DNA of 55,029 nt, from positions 1 through 55,029 of the forward strand of contig CBDUYR010000016.1 of NCBI GenBank assembly GCA_965371515.1, given 5' to 3'. The notes beneath the pieces are model-generated. The model was given only the letters and a program-made list of their open reading frames with translations, was not told the origin of the DNA and searched no databases. The position numbers and the translations under genes are program-made. Numbering within the stretch: position 1 is the stretch's first letter; every line of letters begins with the position of its first letter. Shown here one piece after another: positions 10,895-21,631 of the stretch. Origin of the DNA: an uncultured bacterium (GTDB taxonomy: Bacteria > Krumholzibacteriota > Krumholzibacteriia > Krumholzibacteriales > Krumholzibacteriaceae).

Positions 10895-11003
10895 TCGAAG
10901 CAGGGAGCGAGAGCCCCTCACCTTACGGTCATTAATTTGTATCAGTAGGGTTTCATCTAATTCCGATTACGCAGGGCGGGTGAAACTATTACTCGCCCTT
11001 TTT
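10895..11003 (+). promoter_or_regulatory. L20-type ribosomal protein leader / attenuator upstream of infC-rpmI-rplT
   Basis: AAGCAGGGAGC...CTCACC element plus an AGGGCGGGTGA..TTACTCGCCCT-TTTT terminator-like hairpin, at the position of known L20 leaders. Confidence 0.6.
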
Positions 11004-11028
11004 GTATTCCGAAACCGGGAGGTGAAGT

Positions 11029-11619
11029 ATCCGAGGTAATTTCAGAAGAAGCGACAGGCGGGAGCCGCGCACCAGGGTCAATCATATGATCCGCATACCC
11101 GAGATCAGGGTCATCGACGAGGAAGGCGAGCAGCTCGGCGTCATGGCTACCGACAAGGCCAGGACCATAGCCGAGGAGAAGGGGCTTGATCTGGTAGAGA
11201 TCGCTCCAAACGTGAGACCGCCTGTATGCAAGATCATGGATTACGGGAAATATAAATACGAGCAGAGCAAGAAGGCACGTGATACGAAGAAGAAGCAGCA
11301 TGTGACGCATCTGAAGGAGATCAAGCTCAGGCCGAAGATCGAGGAGCACGATCTCCTGTTCAAGATGAAGAACGCGGAGAAGTTCCTCGAACAGAGGGAC
11401 AAGGTCAAGTTCACAGTGGTCTTCCGCGGCAGGGAGATGGAACATCTCGATCGCGGTTACAAGATGCTCAAGATCATAGAAGAAAAGTTCTCCGATATGG
11501 CACACATGGAGAAAGAGCCGTCAAGACAGGGTAGGATGATCTCCATGATCATGGGCCCCCGGTCGGACAGAAAAGCGAAAAAAGGGGGTGGAGAAGGGGA
11601 TGCCAAAGATCAAGACTAA
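11029..11619 (+). CDS. infC: Translation initiation factor IF-3 (non-canonical ATC start)
   Basis: IF3 motifs ([31 protein letters not shown]). GGAGG SD 6 nt before an in-frame ATC at 11029. Confidence 0.95.
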   Translation: MRGNFRRSDRREPRTRVNHMIRIPEIRVIDEEGEQLGVMATDKARTIAEEKGLDLVEIAPNVRPPVCKIMDYGKYKYEQSKKARDTKKKQHVTHLKEIKLRPKIEEHDLLFKMKNAEKFLEQRDKVKFTVVFRGREMEHLDRGYKMLKIIEEKFSDMAHMEKEPSRQGRMISMIMGPRSDRKAKKGGGEGDAKDQD

Positions 11620-11794
11620 CAGAGGGGCGGCAAAGAGATTTCGCCTGACCGGCACCGGCAAGATCAGGAGACAGAGGGCTTATTCCAGCCATATTCTCAC
11701 AAAGAAGTCCACGAAGCGTAAAAGGACTCTTCGAAAGACGACTATCGCCGCGAAGGCGGATGTTAAAAGAATCAGACGTATGCTGGGCAAATAG
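11600..11794 (+). CDS. rpmI: 50S ribosomal protein L35
   Basis: [21 protein letters not shown]. Confidence 0.98.
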   Translation: MPKIKTNRGAAKRFRLTGTGKIRRQRAYSSHILTKKSTKRKRTLRKTTIAAKADVKRIRRMLGK

Positions 11795-11845
11795 GCTACT
11801 GCCCTCGCGACATCGAATAAGGAAAAGAGAGGGAGGCATAATACC

Positions 11846-12199
11846 ATGCCGAGGACAAAGCATAGTGTAGCTTCGCACAAGAGAAAGAAAAAGGTGCTCA
11901 AACAGGCCAAGGGCTTTACGGGCGGGCGTGGCAATCTGTACAGAAGTGCTCGCGAAGCGGTTGACAGGGCTCTGTCGTACGCTTATCGCGATCGTCGTGC
12001 CCGCAAGAGAGATTTCCGGAAGCTGTGGATCGCGCGCATCAATGCCGCGGCCAGGATGAACGGACTGAGCTACAGCCGGTTCATCAGCGGACTGAAGAAG
12101 TCCGACATCGAGATCAATCGGAAGCAACTCTCGGAGATAGCGGTAAACGACTCGGAAGGATTCACGAGGCTGACCGATATCGCCAAGGAAGCTCTTTGA
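11846..12199 (+). CDS. rplT: 50S ribosomal protein L20
   Basis: [25 protein letters not shown]. Confidence 0.99.
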   Translation: MPRTKHSVASHKRKKKVLKQAKGFTGGRGNLYRSAREAVDRALSYAYRDRRARKRDFRKLWIARINAAARMNGLSYSRFISGLKKSDIEINRKQLSEIAVNDSEGFTRLTDIAKEAL

Positions 12200-13260
12200 T
12201 GACTGAAGAGATACCTGACGGAGAATCTATAGACAGGCTCGGGGAAGAGGCTTCACGCTACATCGCGGAGGCTTCCGATCTTGAAACGCTGGAAAAGGCG
12301 AGGATCGTCTGGCTGGGTCGCAAGGGCAGGCTTACATCAGCGCTGAGGTCGATAGGGAAACTTCCCACAGAGCAGAGGCCTGTCATCGGCGGCTTGATAA
12401 ACGAGTGGAAGGAAAAGCTCGGAGTCCTCTTCGACAGCAGATGTGCCGAACTGTCCGGATCATGCGGGGACGAGGAGCCCTACCCCGGCGACCCGACCCT
12501 TCCGGGCAGGAGGAGCTGGGAGGGCGGCCTGCACATTCTCCACAGGGTAATCCGGGATATCAAGGAGATATTCTACAGGATGGGCTACTCGATCGCCGAG
12601 GGCCCCGACGTAGAGCTCGACTACTACAATTTTGAAGCCCTGAACTTTCCCGCCGACCATCCTTCACGCGACCTTCAGGACACCTTCTACGTCAACAGGG
12701 ACATCCTGCTCAGAACACAGACCTCTCCTGTTCAGGTGAGGTTTATGGAGAAGAACGAGCCGCCCCTCCGGATAATTTCCCCGGGAAGGGTCTACAGGAA
12801 CGAGACGCCCGATCCGTCTCACGCTGCGGAGTTTTTCCAGATCGAGGGACTCTACGTCGATAAGAACGTCTCACTGGCCGATCTGCGAAACGATATCACC
12901 TGGTTTATTCACCAGTTCTTCGGTCCGGATGCCAGGGTCAGATTCAGGCCGCACTTCTTCCCGTTCACAGAGCCCAGCGCCGAGGCCGATATGACCTGTT
13001 TCGGGTGCAAGGGCGAGGGCTGTTCTATCTGCCAGAAGACCGGCTGGATCGAGATAATGGGCGCGGGCATGGTTCATCCCAATGTATTCAAGTACGCCGG
13101 GTACGATCCCGATTCAGTGACCGGTTTCGCGTTCGGCATGGGAATAGAGAGGATAGCGATGCTCAAGTACGGCGTCGATGACATCAGGCGCTTCCTTGGG
13201 AACGATCTGAGATTTCTCGGGCAGTTCTGGAACGAGACATGGGTGGGGGTGCAGGAATGA
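12199..13260 (+). CDS. pheS: Phenylalanine--tRNA ligase alpha subunit
   Basis: HPSRDLQDTF, LLRTQTS, FPFTEPS, AFGMGIER. ATG overlaps the rplT stop. Confidence 0.98.
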   Translation: MTEEIPDGESIDRLGEEASRYIAEASDLETLEKARIVWLGRKGRLTSALRSIGKLPTEQRPVIGGLINEWKEKLGVLFDSRCAELSGSCGDEEPYPGDPTLPGRRSWEGGLHILHRVIRDIKEIFYRMGYSIAEGPDVELDYYNFEALNFPADHPSRDLQDTFYVNRDILLRTQTSPVQVRFMEKNEPPLRIISPGRVYRNETPDPSHAAEFFQIEGLYVDKNVSLADLRNDITWFIHQFFGPDARVRFRPHFFPFTEPSAEADMTCFGCKGEGCSICQKTGWIEIMGAGMVHPNVFKYAGYDPDSVTGFAFGMGIERIAMLKYGVDDIRRFLGNDLRFLGQFWNETWVGVQE

Positions 13261-15656
13261 AGATAAGCCTGAACTGGTTGAAGAGATATGTCGATATAGA
13301 CGAAGATCCGGCGACCCTGGCCGATGACCTGACCATGTTCGGCCTCAACGTCGAATCGGTTGAGATCATCGGTGGGGAGTACTCGGGCGTCGTCTTCGGC
13401 CGCGTTCTGGAGTGCGGAAGGCATCCCAATGCCGACAAGCTCAGTGTCTGCAAGGTCGACGCCGGGACGGGCACACCGCTGAACATAGTATGCGGCGCTT
13501 CGAACGTCAGGGAAGGCTTGAGCGTTGCCGTGGCCGTCCGGGGAGCTGTGCTCAAGGGCGGATTCAAGATAAAGAAGACCAAGCTCAGGGGAGAGGTTTC
13601 AGAGGGCATGATCTGCTCGGAGACCGAGCTGGGCATCGGAGACGACGCCAGCGGGATCATCGAGCTTGATATGGACCTCGAGCCGGGAACGAACCTCGAC
13701 GGCAGGCTCGGCTCGAGCGACGTGCTGCTGGACATAGAAGTAACCCCGAACAGGCCCGACCAGCTCTCACATTTCGGTATAGCGAGGGAGATAGCGGCTC
13801 TATACATGCGCGAGTTGAGGGAACCCGAACTGTTCACCCTCGAGCCCGGATATAAATTTCCTATAGAGACCGAAGACGAAAGCGATTGTCCGAGGTACAG
13901 CGCTGCGTTCGTGAGCGACATAAAGATCGGCCCCTCGCCGCAGTGGATGCGGGACCTGCTGATATCAGCAGGAGTGAAGCCGATTTACAATATAGTGGAC
14001 GTGACCAACTTCGTGCTCCTGGAGATGGGTCAGCCTCTGCACGCATTCGACCGTGACATGCTTGGCAGAGACGGGATCCTTGTCCGCAGGGGAAGATCCG
14101 GGGAATCGATGTATACCCTTGACGGCATCGAGAGAGAGGTCGGGGAGGATACTTTGCTCATCACGGACGGTGAGACTCCGGTCGGGGTCGCCGGTGTGAT
14201 GGGGGGCAGGGATTCGGAGATAACCGACAGCACTGAGAGGGTGCTCATCGAGAGCGCCTGGTTCGACCCAAGGGCGGTCCGCACGTCGAGCAGGGCGCTG
14301 AAGCTCGATACTGAGGCTTCATACCGCTTCGAGAGGGAATGCGATCCGGGTATCACGGTAAAGGCCCTCATGAGGGCATGCAGGCTCATTGCCGATATCG
14401 GCGCCGGGAAGCCGGAGAAGCTGCACGCCGACAATATTGCCGACCGGAAGCTGTTAGACCCGCGCACGATCACGTTGAGGACGAAACAGGCGAACAGGCT
14501 GATGGGAACGAAGCTCGCCGCTGACGACCTTGTCGAACTGCTTTCGAGACTGCAGCTTATATCGGTAGAGGAGGGCAAGGACATCAATGTTACGGTCCCC
14601 ACATTCAGGCGCGACATCACGGAGGAAGTCGACCTGATAGAGGAAGTCGCACGGCTCTACGGATACGAGAATATCGGAAGAGACGAGGAGCGTCGCTGCT
14701 CACTCTTTTCCGAGGTATCGATCGTGGATATGAGGAACGAAGAACTCTGCGACAGGCTCGCCGCTCGGGGATTCGCGGAGGTGATAACGACCTCGTTCAT
14801 GGATCCCGGAGACCCGGGAAGATTCCAATGGGGAGAGAGCGATCCGAGGGGCCGACCGGTCGAGATATCGAATCCCCTTACGGTCGCGCAATCGGCGATG
14901 AGGTCGTCACTGCTGCCCGGGATGCTCAGGGTGATACAGCGCAACGCTCCGGTCGAGAGTGAGGGTATCAGGATCTTTGAGCTTGGTAAGGTATTCCTGC
15001 AGAGGGAAAAAGGGAACGGACTGCCCCTGGAAGAGCTCCATCTCACGGCCATGTTCACGCGCAAGAGCGCTCCGCTGCAGTGTCTCGGCGGGCAGCGAGA
15101 CTTCGATTTCTTCGATATGACGGGGGAGGCGGAATCCGTGCTGGAATGGTTCGGGGCGCCGGCAGACCTGGTCATGGAGAGAAGAAGGGCCGACGAGCCC
15201 GATTTTCTCTTCGAGTGGATCCTGAAGAACAGCTCGGTCGGGACTTGCGGGATGATTCCCGGGAGGGTTGCGGCCAGGTTTGATATAGACGCTCCCGTCT
15301 ACTATTTTGACCTGCTGATGGATGCCTTTCCACCCGGGGGAAGCGGCCGGAAGAGCTACAGCAGGATCAGCCAGTATCCCGCTGTGAAGAGGGACCTCTC
15401 GGTCCTGGCGCCGGAAAGAATTACATTTTCTGAGGTTAGAAACGTTGTAAAGAAAAGAGCAAAACACCTTGAATCGGTGAGGCTTTTCGATTACTATCGT
15501 GGTGATCGTCTTGGGGAAGGAAAGAGAAGTTACGCCTTCAGGATGACCTTCAGGTCACTGGAGGGGACCCTGGACGACGAAACTGTTGACATGGCTATTG
15601 AAAATGTGCTGACGTCCCTGCAGAAAGAGCTGCAGGTGGTGCTGAGGTCCGAATAG
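13257..15656 (+). CDS. pheT: Phenylalanine--tRNA ligase beta subunit
   Basis: MKISLNWL, HPNADKL, TPNRPD, GQPLHAFD, DLIEEVAR; C-terminal FDX-ACB domain. Confidence 0.98.
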   Translation: MKISLNWLKRYVDIDEDPATLADDLTMFGLNVESVEIIGGEYSGVVFGRVLECGRHPNADKLSVCKVDAGTGTPLNIVCGASNVREGLSVAVAVRGAVLKGGFKIKKTKLRGEVSEGMICSETELGIGDDASGIIELDMDLEPGTNLDGRLGSSDVLLDIEVTPNRPDQLSHFGIAREIAALYMRELREPELFTLEPGYKFPIETEDESDCPRYSAAFVSDIKIGPSPQWMRDLLISAGVKPIYNIVDVTNFVLLEMGQPLHAFDRDMLGRDGILVRRGRSGESMYTLDGIEREVGEDTLLITDGETPVGVAGVMGGRDSEITDSTERVLIESAWFDPRAVRTSSRALKLDTEASYRFERECDPGITVKALMRACRLIADIGAGKPEKLHADNIADRKLLDPRTITLRTKQANRLMGTKLAADDLVELLSRLQLISVEEGKDINVTVPTFRRDITEEVDLIEEVARLYGYENIGRDEERRCSLFSEVSIVDMRNEELCDRLAARGFAEVITTSFMDPGDPGRFQWGESDPRGRPVEISNPLTVAQSAMRSSLLPGMLRVIQRNAPVESEGIRIFELGKVFLQREKGNGLPLEELHLTAMFTRKSAPLQCLGGQRDFDFFDMTGEAESVLEWFGAPADLVMERRRADEPDFLFEWILKNSSVGTCGMIPGRVAARFDIDAPVYYFDLLMDAFPPGGSGRKSYSRISQYPAVKRDLSVLAPERITFSEVRNVVKKRAKHLESVRLFDYYRGDRLGEGKRSYAFRMTFRSLEGTLDDETVDMAIENVLTSLQKELQVVLRSE

Positions 15657-15664
15657 GAGTCGAA

Positions 15665-15949
15665 ATGGGGACAACCGGTCTCGCTGACTTCGATCTGCTG
15701 GAAAAGAAGATCAGGAAGGCTGCGGAATATATAGAGCAGCTTCGGGCTGAAAAAAAGCAGGCCGATGTCGCCAATAATAAGTTGAAAGAGGAGCTCGATT
15801 CGCTTTATATTAATAACGAGGCGTTGACGAAAGAGCTGAAACAACTTAAGAAAGAAAAAAATAAGAAAAAAGACTTTGAGAAGACCAGAGAGGAGTTAAA
15901 CAGTAAGATAGAGGAAATGCTCGCGAAGCTGGAAGAACTCGACATTTAG
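15665..15949 (+). CDS. ZapB-like coiled-coil cell division protein
   Basis: All-coiled-coil 94 aa between pheT and zapA. Confidence 0.7.
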   Translation: MGTTGLADFDLLEKKIRKAAEYIEQLRAEKKQADVANNKLKEELDSLYINNEALTKELKQLKKEKNKKKDFEKTREELNSKIEEMLAKLEELDI

Positions 15950-16023
15950 GTTTCATGCTGTCGCGGGCGGTTTACGGGACGGGGTTGTGAGGATGGTTCC
16001 GCATTGATCTGAGAGGTAATACG

Positions 16024-16323
16024 ATGACCGAAAAAAACAGCACCGAGAAGGTCGAGATATTCGGTCAGGAGTATAAGATAAAAGGGGCGGGCGATCCCGA
16101 ATATATCCACAAGATATCAGGTTACGTGGACAGCAAGATGAGAGAGATCGCCCATTCCAGTGGTATCATGTCCCAGTCCAGGATCGCCATATTAGCTGCT
16201 CTTAATATCGCCGACGAGCTGCACCAGGAAAGGGACGAGAGGGAGAAAGCGAAGGGTGCGCTTGCCGATCAGGCCGCCAAACTGGGCGAGATGCTGGAGG
16301 ACAAGATCAGTGTAGGACGATGA
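16024..16323 (+). CDS. zapA: Cell division protein ZapA
   Basis: VEIFGQEY..YVDSKM..AILAALNIADEL. Confidence 0.95.
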   Translation: MTEKNSTEKVEIFGQEYKIKGAGDPEYIHKISGYVDSKMREIAHSSGIMSQSRIAILAALNIADELHQERDEREKAKGALADQAAKLGEMLEDKISVGR

Positions 16324-16396
16324 TCATCTGCCCCGGGGATACTGTGATACCCATGGAGCGGGGATTTGAGAGAAAAACAAAGCATAACGCTTTTAG

Positions 16397-16584
16397 AAAT
16401 TCCCTGCTGTGTTTGTGCAGGCGAAGACTGTTTTTTTGCCAACACTTTGAGCCCGGATCTCCAATATCCGGACTGGGATGCCGTGCCCGCCTGTGGCGGG
16501 AGGGTTGAACAGGTCGTGAGGATTTCCACCTTTTGAAGCAGGGCTTAAAAAGGTCTTTCGCGTACGGCACCGAGTGGGGAATTT
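16397..16584 (+). ncRNA. ssrS: 6S RNA
   Basis: About 185-nt self-complementary rod (AAATTCCC...GGGAATTT; GCGAAGAC/GTCTTTCGC) at the canonical zapA-6S-rny position. Confidence 0.8.
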
Positions 16585-16711
16585 TTTATCACAGTTCCTT
16601 CCGTGGATCGTTTTCCAGAAAAAAATTGATATGACCCATATATTATGCATTTGCAGTGTTTTGTGGTGTTAAACGATCAATGGAGGTGAACCGCCGGATT
16701 CAAGGCGGAAG

Positions 16712-18280
16712 ATGATGGATTCAATCTTCTTTTATATCTCGGCGGGGATCTTCGTTCTTTTTCTCGGTTTTCTACTGGGTTGGCTGATCAGCAGGAAGGT
16801 GACTCAGAGTCAGCTGAAGCATACCCAGAAACTCGCGGAGAACATAATCGCGGAGGCTCAACGTGAGGCTGAGACCAGGAAAAAGGCGTCGATCCTAGAG
16901 GCTAAGGATGAGTGGTACAAGGCAAAGCAGCAGTTCGAAAAGGACACTGGCGAGACGAGAGTCGAACTGAAGAAAGTGGAGAGGCGGGTCGAGGAGAAGG
17001 AACACAATATCAACAGGAAAGTCGATTTCCTCGAGAAGCGCGAGATGGAGGTGAACGACAGGAAGAAGACACTCGAAAAGAAGCTCCAGGCGATAACGGA
17101 TAAGAACGCGAGTCTGGACGAGATACTCCACAGACAGAACGAGAAGCTCGAGAAGATCGCCGGGATGAGCACTGAAGAGGCGAAAAAGCTCCTGATCGTG
17201 AATCTCGAGAACGAGGCCCGTACAGCGGCGGCCAAGCATATCAAGGAGATAAAGGACGAGGCCGAGAGGAACGCTTCCAAGGTCAGCAGGAAGATCATAA
17301 CCCTGGCAATTGAGAGGTGCGCCGCCGATCACGTCGTCGAATCGACCGTGTCGGTAGTCGACCTTCCCAATGACGAAATGAAGGGAAGGATAATCGGCCG
17401 GGAAGGCAGAAATATCAGGGCCTTCGAGAACGCCACGGGCATCGATGTGATCATCGACGACACTCCTGAAGCGGTAATCCTCTCAGGATTCGATCCAATC
17501 CGACGCGAGGTGGCGCGGCTGGCCCTCGAAAAACTCGTCAGGGACGGCCGGATCCATCCTGGACGTATCGAAGAACTCGTGGAGAAGACGAGAAAAGAAC
17601 TCCACGAGGAAATAATGGAGATCGGAGAGCAGACCATCCTTGAGCTCAACATGCACGGTGTCCATACAGAGATCGTCAGGCTGCTCGGAAGGCTGAAGTA
17701 CAGGTCGTCGTATGGACAGAATGTACTGCAGCACTCGAAGGAAGTGGCTTTCGTTGCCAACCTTCTGGCGAGCGAACTGGGTCTTGATCCAGTGCTGGCC
17801 AAGCGTGCCGGACTGCTCCACGACATCGGCAAGGCCGCTGATCACGAGATCGATGGACCTCATGCGGAGATTGGAGCGGAATTCGCGCGAAGGTACGGCG
17901 AGAACGAACTGATTGTGAACGCGATAGCGGCACACCACGAGGATGTCGAGGCGGAATCACTGATCGCGCATATAATCTCGGCCGCCGACGCGATCTCGGG
18001 GGCGCGGCCGGGTGCGAGGCGGGAGACGCTGGAGAACTACATCAGACGTCTCGAGAAGCTCGAGAAGATCGCCGACGCGTTCGATGGGGTCGAGAAATCG
18101 TACGCGATCCAGGCAGGACGCGAGATAAGGATACTCGTAAGTCACAAGAGAATCGATGATGCACAGGCGGCGTTGCTTGCCAGCGACATCTCACGCAAGA
18201 TCGAGGACGACATGGAGTACCCTGGACAGATCAAGGTCGTAGTCATTAGGGAGACCAGAGCGGTAGAGTACGCGAGATAG
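16712..18280 (+). CDS. rny: Ribonuclease Y
   Basis: N-terminal TM, coiled coil, KH ([14 protein letters not shown]) and HD (LLHDIGKA) domains. Confidence 0.98.
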   Translation: MMDSIFFYISAGIFVLFLGFLLGWLISRKVTQSQLKHTQKLAENIIAEAQREAETRKKASILEAKDEWYKAKQQFEKDTGETRVELKKVERRVEEKEHNINRKVDFLEKREMEVNDRKKTLEKKLQAITDKNASLDEILHRQNEKLEKIAGMSTEEAKKLLIVNLENEARTAAAKHIKEIKDEAERNASKVSRKIITLAIERCAADHVVESTVSVVDLPNDEMKGRIIGREGRNIRAFENATGIDVIIDDTPEAVILSGFDPIRREVARLALEKLVRDGRIHPGRIEELVEKTRKELHEEIMEIGEQTILELNMHGVHTEIVRLLGRLKYRSSYGQNVLQHSKEVAFVANLLASELGLDPVLAKRAGLLHDIGKAADHEIDGPHAEIGAEFARRYGENELIVNAIAAHHEDVEAESLIAHIISAADAISGARPGARRETLENYIRRLEKLEKIADAFDGVEKSYAIQAGREIRILVSHKRIDDAQAALLASDISRKIEDDMEYPGQIKVVVIRETRAVEYAR

Positions 18281-18287
18281 CGACGAT

Positions 18288-19082
18288 ATGAGAATACTCG
18301 TAATCGGTGATGTCCTGTCGAAGACGGGCAGGCTCGCCCTCAAAACCGGACTTCCCGGGCTGAAAAAAAAGCTCGGTGTGGATTTCTGCACCGCAAACGT
18401 CGAGAACGGGGCGGGGATGTTCGGCGTGACCCGCAAGGTGGTCGAGGAGATCAGTGCGAGTGGCGTAGACGTGATGACGAGCGGAAATCATATCTGGGAC
18501 AAGCGGGAGGGGATCTCCCTCCTCGACGAACGCAACGATATGCTCAGGCCGGCCAACTATCCTCCCGGGGTCCCGGGCAGGGGCTGGCGAGTTTACGACG
18601 CGGGACCGGCGAAGGTCTGTGTGATAAACCTCCAGGGACGTACTTATATGCCCGATATAGACTGTCCGTTCAGAGCGGCCGATCGGGTGCTGTTGGAGGT
18701 CGATCCCGGGGTAAGGATCAGAATAGTCGATTTTCACGCAGAAGCGACAAGCGAGAAGCTTGCGCTGGGATTCTACCTGGATGGCCGCGTTAGCGTTATC
18801 GCAGGCAGCCATACACATGTCCCCACCGCCGATGAGAGGATCTTTCCGGGGGGGACCGCTTATCAGTCCGACGTGGGAATGGCCGGGCCTTTCAACTCCG
18901 TAATCGGGGTGAAGCCAGAGCAGGTCATCGAAAGGTTCCTCAAGGGTGTAAACGTGCGCTTCCAGGTCGGAGGCGATACGCCTGTCATCCAGGGGATGCT
19001 CGTGGACATCGACGAGAAGACCGGAAAGGCGAGGAACGTCGAGAGGATCCACGAGCCGGTAGTTGAAGGAGATATCGATTGA
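18288..19082 (+). CDS. ymdB: YmdB/TIGR00282-family metallophosphoesterase
   Basis: IGDV, NVEN, SGNHIWD, DFHAEATSEK, GSHTHVPTAD. Confidence 0.93.
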   Translation: MRILVIGDVLSKTGRLALKTGLPGLKKKLGVDFCTANVENGAGMFGVTRKVVEEISASGVDVMTSGNHIWDKREGISLLDERNDMLRPANYPPGVPGRGWRVYDAGPAKVCVINLQGRTYMPDIDCPFRAADRVLLEVDPGVRIRIVDFHAEATSEKLALGFYLDGRVSVIAGSHTHVPTADERIFPGGTAYQSDVGMAGPFNSVIGVKPEQVIERFLKGVNVRFQVGGDTPVIQGMLVDIDEKTGKARNVERIHEPVVEGDID

Positions 19083-19996
19083 GCATCAAACCCGATGAGA
19101 AGCTGATGCTCGGCAAACCGGTCGCAGAAAGTGTGATCGAGCTTCTGGCATCCGAGATTCCCGCTTTTGCAAGGAAGCACAGGCCTCCCAGGCTGAGTGT
19201 TATTATAGTGGGCGAGGACCCAGCTTCGCAGGTATATGTCGGGATGAAGATAAAGACGTCCAGGAGATGCGGAATCGATTCCGACATGATAGAGCTGCCT
19301 GCGTCCACGCCTGAAAGCGACCTGCTCCAACGCCTCGACCAGTTGAACGATGATCAGAATATAGACGGGATACTGGTGCAGATGCCATTGCCCGGTCATA
19401 TGGATCAACAGAAAGTGATAGAAAGGATCTCACCGGACAAGGACGTAGACGGACTTCATCCTTTCAACATAGGAAAACTAGCAGCCGACAGGCCGCGGCT
19501 GGTTCCCTGCACTCCTCTCGGTATCACCGTTATGTTGGATCATTACGGGATCGAGACGGCCGGGAAGCATGCAGTCATAGTGGGAAGGAGCCTCCTGGTC
19601 GGAAAGCCGATGGCGCTTCTTCTCGCGATGAAGGCACCGGGCGGGAACGCGACTGTTACGATCTGCCACTCGAGGACATCCGACATGGCTTCGATAACAC
19701 GTACGGCGGACATACTCATCGCGGCCGTCGGAAGCCCGGGAATGATTACGGGGGACATGGTAAAGGACGGCGTTGCAGTCATCGACGTGGGGATCAACAG
19801 GGTCGAGGATGCATCGGTAAAAAAGGGGTACAGGCTCGTTGGAGACGTGGATTTCGAGTCGGTAATGCCGAGAGCTTCCAGGATTACTCCAGTTCCCAGA
19901 GGCGTCGGGCCGATGACTGTGGCAATGTTGATGAAGAACACGTACAAGGCGGCACGAATGGCGTTGGGAGCTGATGATGCTGGAGAGCCGCGATAA
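19079..19996 (+). CDS. folD: Bifunctional methylenetetrahydrofolate dehydrogenase/cyclohydrolase
   Basis: GILVQMPLP, KDVDGLHP, PCTPLG, TPVPRGVGPMTVAML. Confidence 0.97.
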   Translation: MSIKPDEKLMLGKPVAESVIELLASEIPAFARKHRPPRLSVIIVGEDPASQVYVGMKIKTSRRCGIDSDMIELPASTPESDLLQRLDQLNDDQNIDGILVQMPLPGHMDQQKVIERISPDKDVDGLHPFNIGKLAADRPRLVPCTPLGITVMLDHYGIETAGKHAVIVGRSLLVGKPMALLLAMKAPGGNATVTICHSRTSDMASITRTADILIAAVGSPGMITGDMVKDGVAVIDVGINRVEDASVKKGYRLVGDVDFESVMPRASRITPVPRGVGPMTVAMLMKNTYKAARMALGADDAGEPR

Positions 19997-21452
19997 CGAT
20001 CCCCCAGGGGAAGAGACGGATGATATTTTCACCGTTTCAGAGCTCTCCGACGCGATAAGGCAGAGCCTCGAATCGGAATTCCCGCATGTAAGGGTCCTGG
20101 GCGAAATCACGAATTTCACCGCGCATTCTTCGGGGCATTTCTATCTCACTCTGCGAGACGAGACGAGCAGGCTCGGGGTGGTCGTATTCAGCAGGAATAC
20201 GAGGAACGTGGATTTTGCCCCGGAGAACGGGCTGACGGCAGTAGCATCGGGCCGGATATCACATTACGGTGGTGGAGGCAGGACGCAGCTGATAGCGGTA
20301 AGCCTGAGAAGGGCTGGTGAGGGAGAGCTCGAGCTGAGTAAGCGGAGACTCCTCGCCAGGCTGATGGAGGAAGGGTTGACCGATCCCGGGATCAAGAGGG
20401 ATCTACCGACTTATCCTGAGAGGATCGCCGTCATCACTTCCCCCGGAGGAGCGGCGATAAAGGATATCCGCAGGACTCTCGGCCGCCGGTGGCCACTGGC
20501 CAGGGTGATTCTGATCCCCGCGGCGGTGCAGGGCGAGGAGGCCTGCAGTTCGATAGTCGAGGCCTTCGATCGGCTTGAGGAGATGGAAGGGATCGACGTT
20601 GTTATCCTCGCGAGGGGCGGAGGAAGCGCCGAGGACCTCTGGACATTCAACACAGAAGCGGTAGCAAGGGCAGTGGCGGACTGCAGGTTTCCCGTAGTGA
20701 CGGGCATAGGCCACGAGATCGATACGACTGTTTGTGACTATGTATCCGATGTCTGCGCAGCGACGCCAACGGCGGCGGCAGAGGTCGCGTCGCCCGATTC
20801 AGCGGATGTCAGAAGATCCGTCGGCGTCTTCGTCGAGAAGATCGCGTCCCTCTGTTCGACCGACGCGAGGCGGAGGTTCGAGCGGGTCGAATTCATACTG
20901 CGGTCCTCCGCCTTCCCGGCGATCGAGCATGCGCTGGACCGGGCGAGACTCGAACTCGGAGACAGGTTCGAGAGGCTCATCGAATGGCGCAGAAATGTTG
21001 CCGAATCGGGTAGATCCAGAGTGGTCGATCTGGACGACAGGCTGCGGGCGCTGATCACAGGAGCGATGCGCGACACGGAAGGCACAATCGCTGGACTGTC
21101 GGAGAGGCTCGCCCGGCTGTCACCGGCGGGAGGCGTGGAGGCAAGGAAAGAGCGGCTTGAAAAGCTCGTGAATACAGTGCGGATGATGACAGAAGGCAAT
21201 TCGTCGACTGTGCGGTCTGACCTGTATGGAAAGCTCAGAGCACTGAAGAATCTCGGCCCGATAGAGGTTCTCGGCAGGGGATATACATACTGTACCGCGG
21301 AGGACGGTAGTACGATACTGGGCAGTGTGGAGGAACTCGAAGAGGGGGGAAGGATCTCCGTCAACTTCCACGACGGGAATGCGGGATGTCTGGTGGAGAG
21401 CAGGAGAAAGGACGCTCGATGGCGCAGAAGGTCACGTTCGAAGACGCAATGA
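19974..21452 (+). CDS. xseA: Exodeoxyribonuclease VII large subunit
   Basis: SGHFYLTLRD, VITSPGGAA, ARGGGSAEDLW, GIGHEID, TPTAAAE. Confidence 0.96.
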   Translation: MMLESRDNDPPGEETDDIFTVSELSDAIRQSLESEFPHVRVLGEITNFTAHSSGHFYLTLRDETSRLGVVVFSRNTRNVDFAPENGLTAVASGRISHYGGGGRTQLIAVSLRRAGEGELELSKRRLLARLMEEGLTDPGIKRDLPTYPERIAVITSPGGAAIKDIRRTLGRRWPLARVILIPAAVQGEEACSSIVEAFDRLEEMEGIDVVILARGGGSAEDLWTFNTEAVARAVADCRFPVVTGIGHEIDTTVCDYVSDVCAATPTAAAEVASPDSADVRRSVGVFVEKIASLCSTDARRRFERVEFILRSSAFPAIEHALDRARLELGDRFERLIEWRRNVAESGRSRVVDLDDRLRALITGAMRDTEGTIAGLSERLARLSPAGGVEARKERLEKLVNTVRMMTEGNSSTVRSDLYGKLRALKNLGPIEVLGRGYTYCTAEDGSTILGSVEELEEGGRISVNFHDGNAGCLVESRRKDARWRRRSRSKTQ

Positions 21453-21631
21453 AGCGGCTCGAAGAGATAGTCCGCAGGCTCGAAGAGGAGAAGGTGCCCC
21501 TCGAGGAGAGTATCAGGCTGTACGAAGAGGGCATGAAGATCGGAAAGAGATGCAGGAAGATCCTCGACGATGCGGACAGAAGGATCAGGGACCTTTCAGG
21601 AAAGCTCGAGGAGGAAGCCGCGGGTGAGTAG
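21419..21631 (+). CDS. xseB: Exodeoxyribonuclease VII small subunit
   Basis: FEDAMKRLEEIVRRLE..LEESIRLYEEG. Confidence 0.95.
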   Translation: MAQKVTFEDAMKRLEEIVRRLEEEKVPLEESIRLYEEGMKIGKRCRKILDDADRRIRDLSGKLEEEAAGE

